A DNA stretch of 64,000 nucleotides from a virus: IMG/VR virus record IMGVR_UViG_3300021139_000005, positions 8,415 through 72,414 of that record, one strand, 5' to 3'. The notes below the pieces were generated by a model. That model was not told the origin of the DNA. It saw only the letters and a list, made by a program, of their open reading frames with translations, and searched no databases. Below are positions 56,720-64,000 of the stretch, in pieces (position 1 is the stretch's first letter; the number at the start of each line of letters is the position of its first letter). A program made the position numbers and the translations under genes.

Positions 56720-57019
56720 TTACTGTATGTTTATACGGTTTAAAAATGTTTTAAAGCCAGCTAAGTATTGTTTCCGGTAGCTGTCACCGATGTGGCCAAA
56801 GATGTCAGGATGTGCCATAAGTTGAGAGGTAATGGATACATAGCTCCTCTCAATGCTATCGTGAAGGTCTTCAACAGTCTCCCCCTGCATTAGCACCTCA
56901 TATGTAGCCTTTAGGTCATTTCCATGCCCACTACCCTTCAGGTGTGTAAACGTGCCATTTTTCGCTGCCTGAAGGTGCGCCATGGCTATCTCCTTTTGTT
57001 TCTTCGTTATTCGTTTCAT
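56720..57019 (-). CDS. Hypothetical protein
   Basis: 99-aa ORF in the tight early array. Confidence 0.55.
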   Translation of the reverse strand: MKRITKKQKEIAMAHLQAAKNGTFTHLKGSGHGNDLKATYEVLMQGETVEDLHDSIERSYVSITSQLMAHPDIFGHIGDSYRKQYLAGFKTFLNRINIQ

Positions 57020-57022
57020 GTT

Positions 57023-57700
57023 CTATGCGTTTAAGAAGGTGATTCCATAGTTGGTAACAGGTTTGCAAAGGGAGAAGTAAGCATAGCAGCATCCAAGGTC
57101 ATCGTCCCCATTTTGGAAGGTATTATGCTTGATGAATATCTTCAATGGCTGCATCAGAAGGTTATCACAAAACTTCACGAAGATTTCCATCTCTTCCTTG
57201 GTGAATAGCTTGTCGGATACCTCTTCGCCATCACCTACAAACATCTCCCATGATGCATTGATTTCACTCATGATATCCTGTGCCAGATTATGTGTTGTCA
57301 TGCCGTTATAAACTGGCACCTGTAGCACAGGCATATGGTATCCGGTAAAGTAATCAGGGTAACAGATGTCTAGCTGGGCTACCTCTGTGAATCTTCCCTC
57401 CACAGGAAGCATTTTTTGAATCCTGTTGATAGCCTTGGCGAATGATTCATCGTCCCTGTATAGCTTGCTGTAGCCATTTCCCTTCGCCCATCCATCCTTA
57501 ATTGCATCCCTGCGGATAAGGTGATAAACTGGTGTTATCGGGTCACTTGGTCTCAGGCTACGGGTAATGGTGTAGGAGATTGTCTCCCCATCCTTTTTGA
57601 TGGTAGCAATCACTGAGGTATAGTGGTAGTGCTTTACCCCGTTGATTTCGCTGTAGCAATTGTCCATCTTTTCGAGTGACTTCTCAAGTAGTGTTTTCAT
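57023..57700 (-). CDS. Hypothetical protein
   Basis: 225-aa ORF in the early array. Confidence 0.6.
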   Translation of the reverse strand: MKTLLEKSLEKMDNCYSEINGVKHYHYTSVIATIKKDGETISYTITRSLRPSDPITPVYHLIRRDAIKDGWAKGNGYSKLYRDDESFAKAINRIQKMLPVEGRFTEVAQLDICYPDYFTGYHMPVLQVPVYNGMTTHNLAQDIMSEINASWEMFVGDGEEVSDKLFTKEEMEIFVKFCDNLLMQPLKIFIKHNTFQNGDDDLGCCYAYFSLCKPVTNYGITFLNA

Positions 57701-57929
57701 GATGTATAATTTTTAGCGCCATGCATTGCTTCGATGCGTACCCTATAGGTGCATGGCAGATATTTACTCCCCGTATAGCGCTCTAACTGCGTCCCTGACT
57801 CCCTGAACATTTGCTCCGGCCATCATCAGGCCCAATCCTACAGTCTTTGCGTAGTTTACATCCTTATCCTTGCAGACTACGCTCAACAGCGCCATATAGT
57901 CCCCGTATCGATTCTGAGTAGTTGCTATC

Positions 57930-58202
57930 TTAGTTTAAACTCTCAAAATACTTTTCTACTATCCAGTCTTCAAAATATGTGTTTTCATCTTCAAAAAGTT
58001 CATCTAGTGGGATGTTGTGGTAAAAATCTATTTCGGCTTCCATATTTTCGCTGCTATTGTCATAAATAACGCGTCCCCAGCCTTCAAAACCATTATAAAC
58101 AAATGTAAAAGCGGCGTATTCATTTATTTTTTCCGTGTCTGGTTCTGATAATTCCAAAGTGATTGTTTCACCGGTTTTAAATGTGTATGTAAAGTTTTTC
58201 AT
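57930..58202 (-). CDS. Acidic hypothetical protein
   Basis: 90 aa, E/D/F/Y-rich, AT-rich. Confidence 0.55.
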   Translation of the reverse strand: MKNFTYTFKTGETITLELSEPDTEKINEYAAFTFVYNGFEGWGRVIYDNSSENMEAEIDFYHNIPLDELFEDENTYFEDWIVEKYFESLN

Positions 58203-58399
58203 AATCAGTTTTTTTAGTTATCTGCTAAATGGATCATTAATTTTGCGCCTTTATTAAGTTCATTTTTAAAAGTAGCTTCATCGCATGGCAAAATATCAAT
58301 AGTGCATAAATTATAATGCAAATAATGATTCCCATTTTTTGATGGCAACTATATATTTATCTCACCCAATATTATTTAGATGCTATTTTGGTTAATGAA

Positions 58400-58621
58400 T
58401 TACTTTCCTGTGAGTCTCTTGCCTGTCTCAGCATACGCTGTTAATAGCTTGCCCAGCTCAGCAAGTTCATCATGGTTGTCGAAGTGAAGGTAGATGTCAC
58501 CTAAACTGATAACCGGATTCTTGAATTGCTTGATGTGGTTGAATTCGATGTCTCGCTTAAGGTCATCTATTCTACCCAATTCGTTGTTAAGCAGGTCTTT
58601 TACTTCGATTGATACTTTCAT
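58400..58621 (-). CDS. Hypothetical protein, first gene of the leftward early array
   Basis: 73-aa ORF. Confidence 0.55.
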   Translation of the reverse strand: MKVSIEVKDLLNNELGRIDDLKRDIEFNHIKQFKNPVISLGDIYLHFDNHDELAELGKLLTAYAETGKRLTGK

Positions 58622-59023
58622 GGTATTTGGTTTTAGTGAGGAGGTAGGATGATGAATCCCTCAGCCTGTAGCTTGCCTCCCCTGTCGTTGTTATTGATTT
58701 TGTTTTCATTTCGCTTCTCCAGATATGCTTTAGCTAACTGTATAAGTTAACCGCTCCTCGTCGCATCTGGCGCGTTATCAGGAAGGCTGTTCACCTTGCT
58801 GTGCTGGATTGTGGTTCCCTGATATCTGGTCCGACGTTGTTATCAACTCATCTCGGCCTTTCAATTCAGCCCTCAGATTCTTTCGATTATCCGAGGAAGC
58901 TACCTCTACTCTGTGTTTAGGCACCTGAAGCAGTGCATGTGTTTTGTTTCGCATCCGAATTCAAACAGGTAAAGAACGTCGTCCCGAAAGACAATGCAAT
59001 GATACGGACTATTCTTCGATATT

Positions 59024-59126
59024 TGCAACACCTAGTTGCACTTTATTTGGATATTGCTCATAACGTATTGAAAATCAAGGAGATTATTTTCTTACTTTCT
59101 TTTGACAAATACAACTATTAGTTGCA
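59024..59126. promoter_or_regulatory. Two palindromic operator-like sites, TRCAAC-N5-GTTGCA
   Basis: 59024-59040 and 59110-59126. Confidence 0.5.
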
Positions 59127-59279
59127 AATGGCTAAATTGACCATCATCACCAATAGTCAAACAATGACTGTAAATATTCTATTTGTATATTCACCACATC
59201 ACATGCCAAACCCAACACCAAAACCGTTGGTATCACTACATCTCAGCATGTTTATTGGTATCTACAGCATCGCACCTGG

Positions 59280-59690
59280 TCAGCGATAGTGCTCCTCGTA
59301 ATAGCCATCAATTGCATTACGCCCAGCCCTAGTAAGATGGTATGTGTAGTAAGAGCCCTGTCCCAATGGCATCCTCTCTCCCCTGATAACAAACCCTACC
59401 CCTATAAGCCTCTTAATACTTAACACCACCACACTCCGGCATTCATTAAGATGTAAGCACAGGGACGGAACATTAGCACAGATAGACGGCTGTTCGGCTG
59501 TTGGCTGTTTGCTCAACTTCATCACTCCTATCAAAACGTTAAAGTCATTCAGATACAATCCATGGCGCTTCGCAAACGATTTAACCCCCATCAGATGTTC
59601 GCACAGGTCAACTATATCGAACAACTTATTATCTACCCTCATTGGCCTTATTCGCCTATTTCCTGAATCTTCCTGTCTCCCCTTATTCAT
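59280..59690 (-). CDS. Winged-helix (MarR-like) DNA-binding protein
   Basis: RSVVVLSIKRLIGVGFVIRG...YHLTRAGR. Confidence 0.65.
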   Translation of the reverse strand: MNKGRQEDSGNRRIRPMRVDNKLFDIVDLCEHLMGVKSFAKRHGLYLNDFNVLIGVMKLSKQPTAEQPSICANVPSLCLHLNECRSVVVLSIKRLIGVGFVIRGERMPLGQGSYYTYHLTRAGRNAIDGYYEEHYR

Positions 59691-60685
59691 GAAACGAATT
59701 TAATGCGAATTTTACTCAGGGAACGAGTGAATAATTCGCTACAGTTACTCACGCAAAGGTTTTCACGCATGTAATAAGATGGGAAAGCCTGGCAAAAGCA
59801 GGGGAAAAGCAGGGAAAACACAGTTTGTTGGTAATCAAGCATTTGATTTGTCTAAACTCGGCATTTGATGATACAAAACAGGGGTAAAAAGGTGCTTATT
59901 TGGGGTATAGTTTAGGCTAAAAACCCGTAATCTACCGTTGTTCGATAAGATAGAAACAGGCATTTGTAAGGTCTGCCCTGCTTGTTTTTGCCATGATGTC
60001 AGGTGAAAAATGGGCGAAAACAGGTGCAAATATTATGTGACGAACGGACATCTTTTGCAATTGGTTGATAATCAGTTTAGTTTAGGCTGCCATTATTGCT
60101 AGTTTACATAATAGCAACTATGTAATAGCAGTTTTGATGAAAATACAATAAGATGGAAACAGCCACAACAGCCTGATGAAATGATGTATACTCCTTAGCA
60201 ATTTTAATTAGAGATGTCAATTAGGAACCTGAATTAAATACCTTATTTAAGGTGCTGTAGTTTTGTTTTATCTATTGCTTACCTTTTGTAGATGTTCACC
60301 TGACTCAGCCTATACACACAGCGCATTCATACGATGGCCTGATTGAGTGCCTGATGGTGGTGTAGTAGTGTATGATGCCATACGATACTAAACGCTCTGT
60401 ATTGAGCCCCTATTGCGTCCTGAAGCATTGCAGGTTGATTGATGCACTGTGACCATGGCTATGTGAGATGTGACCATGGTTCGGTTTGTGCCTTCCGGCC
60501 GGATTGCCTTGTTGCCCTGTTTGCTTTCGTTTGGCGCTGTCGTTCAATCATTTGTGAGGTGGGGTGGGGTGGCCTAAATGGGTTTTCCCTTGGCGATGGC
60601 CGGCCCCCTGGAACGTGCGATTACTCATTTGCTCTATCGCCGCAGAAATTTTTTTTGATTCTGAAGTGATTTATACCTTTGTGAT

Positions 60686-60949
60686 ATGTTTATATACTTG
60701 GAGCACTTGAATAATGTAGAGGCTTATAGCAGACAGGTTGGTGGGTCTTCGCTGCTGTTTCGTAAGGTGGATAGGGAGTTGCAGTTTAAGGGATTTAAGA
60801 CTGAGCTTCGGTTAGATGATGGGTATCATGTGTATTGGGTGTGGCGAAGTGGTGGGGATCGTGAATTGACAGGTATTAGTGTGTGTTTTTTGTATTTCGA
60901 TAGGTGTATTGCAGACTATGTTTTAACGAGGAGTAAAACGCTAGTGTAG
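60686..60949 (+). CDS. Hypothetical protein
   Basis: TACCTTTG 4 nt before ATG. Confidence 0.5.
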   Translation: MFIYLEHLNNVEAYSRQVGGSSLLFRKVDRELQFKGFKTELRLDDGYHVYWVWRSGGDRELTGISVCFLYFDRCIADYVLTRSKTLV

Positions 60950-60975
60950 GATATGTTTAATATATCGATGTTTCT

Positions 60976-61197
60976 TTGTTGTTGTGGAATGATCTTGATA
61001 GTATGGGTGATAGGGGAGGGGGAGTGAATTTGCGGAAATTGTATCCTGAGTCGTTGCTTGAGAGGCATTGGGCGTATGTTGATGTGGATGGGGTGTGGGA
61101 GTATGAGGTAAGGCATTGGCGGGAGTTTTTGGTGATAGGATGTTGTGTAGAGGGAGATAGGCCGGAGAATTGGTTTTATTTTATGGAGTTGAGTTAG
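60976..61197 (+). CDS. Hypothetical protein
   Basis: W-rich ORF; start uncertain. Confidence 0.4.
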   Translation: MLLWNDLDSMGDRGGGVNLRKLYPESLLERHWAYVDVDGVWEYEVRHWREFLVIGCCVEGDRPENWFYFMELS

Positions 61198-61210
61198 TAT
61201 ATTTGTAGAG

Positions 61211-61292
61211 CCCAGGTTGCGATGGGATAAAACATTTTGGAGCCTTTCGCCTTAGTACTGTCGCAACCGGGAAGAGGTGGGAGGCTCTTTTT
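61211..61292 (+). ncRNA. Candidate pseudoknotted small RNA
   Basis: Two interleaved stems and a U-run downstream of TATATTTG (61198-61205). Confidence 0.45.
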
Positions 61293-61307
61293 ATTAAACT
61301 TGTATTT

Positions 61308-61703
61308 ATGAAGAAGAATTTCTTTGTTACGGATGCTAAGAATTTGAAGAGGGAAGGGTTGTTGAGTGGGGAGACAGCGGACCAGGTGATGGCTCGGAAG
61401 GGATTGGAGGGTGTTGTGGAGAGAGATGTTCGTGTGGATGTGAGGTGCAAGCCGTTAGGGGATAGGTTGTTGGTGAGGAGGTTGAAGGAGGAGCAGAAGG
61501 GGTTGATCATAGTTCCCGGTGCTCGGAGGGAGAGTAGTGAGAAGGGTGAGGTGGTGGCAGTTGGACCTGGGAGGTTTGGGGAGTTGATGACTACGGTAGT
61601 TGGGGATCAGGTGATGTTTACGAAGCATGGTGTGATGGAGTTGGAGATAGATGGCGAGGTGTTTGTGCTGATGCGGGAGAGTGATATATTGTGTACGTTT
61701 TAA
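61308..61703 (+). CDS. groES: Co-chaperonin GroES with an N-terminal extension
   Basis: KPLGDRLLV, GEVVAVGPG, VGDQVMF, MRESDIL. Confidence 0.9.
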   Translation: MKKNFFVTDAKNLKREGLLSGETADQVMARKGLEGVVERDVRVDVRCKPLGDRLLVRRLKEEQKGLIIVPGARRESSEKGEVVAVGPGRFGELMTTVVGDQVMFTKHGVMELEIDGEVFVLMRESDILCTF

Positions 61704-61712
61704 TCTTTGGAC

Positions 61713-61931
61713 ATGGCAAGGGATTACTTCACGGCAGAGTCTAACTTCATTGAGAGCGCCGGCTACGATGACCAGACATCAATCCTGGGGATCAAGTTCA
61801 AGGATGGTGATGTGTGGAACTATTCCCCGGTGCCTGTGGGTGTGTGGGAGGGGTTTAAGGGAGCCGGGAGTAAGGGGGTGTTCTTCCACACATACATCAA
61901 GGGCCGGTATAGTGAGAAACAGGTTGAATAA
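61713..61931 (+). CDS. KTSC domain protein
   Basis: SNFIESAGYD...LGIKFKDG.VWNY..VP..VW..F..A.SKG.FF...IKGRY. Confidence 0.88.
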   Translation: MARDYFTAESNFIESAGYDDQTSILGIKFKDGDVWNYSPVPVGVWEGFKGAGSKGVFFHTYIKGRYSEKQVE

Positions 61932-61966
61932 TTTCGGTTATTTTTGTCTCACTAAAACAAACTACT

Positions 61967-62338
61967 ATGTCGGCAAGCGCAAACATTCTGAACTTATTGA
62001 ATACCCGTAATGGCATCCAGCACAGAGATTACCAGTCTGGTTTGAAGGCGATATTTGTTCAGGGAGCTGCGGGGTTAACCGGTGCCGGTAGTGCATATGG
62101 GGCAACGATACTGGCGCAGTCAAATGCACTGAGCAATGATGAGATAGCCTACCAGGATCAACTGAAGTCTATCTGGTTTAACTTTGGAACTGCGTTGAAT
62201 GCGCTGGGCCAGACCACACCTGGAGCGACGCTGATCACTTATACTCAGACTAACCCGATATCCAATGAGGTTTACTTCGATCAGTTGAAGCCATTGGTTC
62301 TGGCGATCTATAATGGCCTGGTGGCGCTGGGCCAGTAA
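61967..62338 (+). CDS. Hypothetical protein (possibly virion-associated)
   Basis: Own TATTTTTG promoter; internal repeat SNDEIAYQDQLK / SNEVYFDQLK. Confidence 0.6.
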   Translation: MSASANILNLLNTRNGIQHRDYQSGLKAIFVQGAAGLTGAGSAYGATILAQSNALSNDEIAYQDQLKSIWFNFGTALNALGQTTPGATLITYTQTNPISNEVYFDQLKPLVLAIYNGLVALGQ

Positions 62339-62355
62339 TGCTGAATACTTTTGGG

Positions 62356-62392
62356 GAATTGCCTGGGTTTAATTACTCGGGCAATTTCTATT
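62356..62392. terminator. Hairpin terminator between convergent genes
   Basis: aattgcctggg/ctcgggcaatt. Confidence 0.6.
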
Positions 62393-62469
62393 TGTGGTCT
62401 ACCCATTCGCACCCGTTTTGTTGATACCTGACATGGTAAAAACGAACAGGTCGGAGTCTTTTTCTTGGT

Positions 62470-62694
62470 TCATGTGTTAATGTTGTGTTTTGCTTTATAG
62501 CGGTCGATAAAATCCTTATCGAAGTCAGATGTCCATCCGCATCCTAGACATCTAAATTGAGATAAAACAGGGTCCCAAATGGTTCTTGGGTTACTGCAAC
62601 CACGAAAAGTATTGCGCTGCACATCATTGCCACAATACGGACGGTAGCCAATATCGTCCATCAGGTTTTGCCTTACGATTGATGCTTCTTTCAT
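62470..62694 (-). CDS. Small Zn-ribbon-like protein
   Basis: PYCG..GCSNP..FRCLGCGW. Confidence 0.6.
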   Translation of the reverse strand: MKEASIVRQNLMDDIGYRPYCGNDVQRNTFRGCSNPRTIWDPVLSQFRCLGCGWTSDFDKDFIDRYKAKHNINT

Positions 62695-63581
62695 ATCCCC
62701 TCCTTTTTAGTTGGCGCGGCGGGGAGTGTTTCTGTAAAAATAATCCTGTCAATTTCAGCAGCTATAAGAGCGCCCGCAATTATTAATTTTTCCTTACGCG
62801 AGTTATTGTCAATTCTATTACAAATAGATTTATCCCAATCGTCAGGCCAAGGCAAACCGCCAACAGTCCCGATACATTTAGTCGCGCCAATTAAGAGGGG
62901 CAATATTTTAAATGGCCCTGTTGGTTGTGAGTTTTGTAGAACATCTTTCTTAACCGACCTACCGTGTTTTTCGATTTGCTCATGTCGTTCTTTTGCTATC
63001 AGTGTTACTCCGTTATCCACCTCAATCCACCCATCCCCCTTTGCGGAATACGCTTCATGGCAAAGTTCATCATGGAATTTAAGCATCCGCCCTAGCGCCC
63101 ATTTAAAGCCTCCGTTGATAGTTCCTGTTTGAAGGAAATATTTGATACTCTCTTTTGAAAGTTCGTCCATGCTACCTATAAATTTCTGTATTAGGTCATC
63201 ATATAGTTCGCCTTCTGCTTTGGCGGCCATCTTGTTCACCAACGCAATCATTTCTGGGTTTAGTGGCTTGGTTGACGTTACGTGAGAAATGGACGGGCTT
63301 ATGTTCTCCTTTGCGACACGATTCATTGCGGAGAGGATGGCTTTCTCTACCGACCCACTCCCTAAGTAATCTAATACAGCCTTATATGGTGCGCCAAACT
63401 CTTTCTTCAATTCCTCAAACAACACCTGCTCATGCTCGGTGGTCGGGGTTGGTTGTGAGCGATATTCCTCCATCGCATCAATGATAGCCTTTTTAAGTTC
63501 GGGACGGTCTTTAATAAGGTCAGAAGTAAAGTCGTTGACTTCTTTGGCTTTTGACAGTAATATTTCAAGTGCTGTTTTCAT
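62691..63581 (-). CDS. Mosaic hypothetical phage protein
   Basis: MKTALEIL..AMEEY module plus LIAKERHEQIEKHG...AGALIAAEIDR module. Confidence 0.65.
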   Translation of the reverse strand: MKTALEILLSKAKEVNDFTSDLIKDRPELKKAIIDAMEEYRSQPTPTTEHEQVLFEELKKEFGAPYKAVLDYLGSGSVEKAILSAMNRVAKENISPSISHVTSTKPLNPEMIALVNKMAAKAEGELYDDLIQKFIGSMDELSKESIKYFLQTGTINGGFKWALGRMLKFHDELCHEAYSAKGDGWIEVDNGVTLIAKERHEQIEKHGRSVKKDVLQNSQPTGPFKILPLLIGATKCIGTVGGLPWPDDWDKSICNRIDNNSRKEKLIIAGALIAAEIDRIIFTETLPAAPTKKEGI

Positions 63582-63601
63582 TTCTGTGTTTTTATGGTTA
63601 A

Positions 63602-63787
63602 TTAATATATGTTATGTGCCTTTATGACTTCATCTACCCTTGTTAATTCCTCCCTCAACTTGGCGTTTTCGGATAGGGTGGTGCGGTAGCGGGTGATTAA
63701 TTCGTCAACATGTTTCTGCATATCTATGTCGTGAACTATCACATACTGGCACATCTCAATCAGTTCTTCGTTGCTCAATTCTTTCAT
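63602..63787 (-). CDS. Hypothetical protein
   Basis: 61-aa helical ORF. Confidence 0.5.
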   Translation of the reverse strand: MKELSNEELIEMCQYVIVHDIDMQKHVDELITRYRTTLSENAKLREELTRVDEVIKAHNIY

Positions 63788-64000
63788 GTGGGTTATTTTT
63801 TAGGTTTAAATAATGAGAATATCACTCCTACCATAATAATTACAAAAGCGCAATAGGCTAGGGCAAATGCTAAATATCCGGGAGAAGTTTCGAGTATCTG
63901 TTTCATTTGGTTGGGTTAAGGGTTAATAATTGGTTCTACTCTATTCCATTCTGATTCCATGATGATATACCCGCAGTTTACACAGGTATGAACGTATGAG

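Larger units (their letters stand above)
1..64000. mobile_element. Segment of a crAss-like/podovirus-type Bacteroidota phage genome
   Basis: Order TerL-portal-scaffold-MCP-fibres-ring-muzzle-cargo-lysis, no host housekeeping operons, and TAnnTTTG promoters. Confidence 0.92.

Noticed and set aside
58622-60680. CRISPR array or attachment site in the long non-coding region
   Set aside because: No regularly spaced repeats and no integrase in the window
1-64000. Alternative genetic code (TAG/TGA recoding as in some crAss-like phages)
   Set aside because: Long genes are intact in code 11, and TAG and TGA end several clear genes; only one isolated in-frame TAG was found

Overview
The whole window is part of a tailed dsDNA phage genome with a crAss-like/podovirus-type virion module. 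The host is almost certainly Bacteroidota, judged from TAnnTTTG promoters, the lack of obvious SD motifs and signal peptides ending before Gln. It uses the standard genetic code. The plus strand (1-44.8 kb) carries a C5 DNA methyltransferase with a nested out-of-frame second subunit, TerL, portal, scaffold-like protein, MCP, fibre proteins, ring and muzzle proteins, and ejection cargo proteins. The cargo includes a 2544-aa polyvalent protein with RelA/SpoT-like and HExxH domains. It also carries a GNAT/acidic peptide/ATP-grasp cassette, lysis genes and an HNH-AP2 nuclease. The minus strand (44.8-59.7 kb) carries a triple glycosyltransferase, RusA-like resolvase, second methyltransferase, HNH, RNase HI, an aberrant tRNA and many small early-type ORFs. 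A divergent non-coding switch lies at about 58.6-60.7 kb, followed by GroES and KTSC genes. No replication module or virion RNA polymerase is visible. Most notable: (1) several accessory ORFs carry short protein-level copies of capsid and terminase motifs, a candidate decoy system against capsid- and terminase-sensing immunity; (2) fibre-like proteins carry Sec signal peptides; (3) a GNAT-peptide-ATP-grasp cassette; (4) two sequence-unrelated RNAs share one pseudoknot architecture; (5) many genes are probably leaderless. All calls come from manual motif reading, with no database searches.
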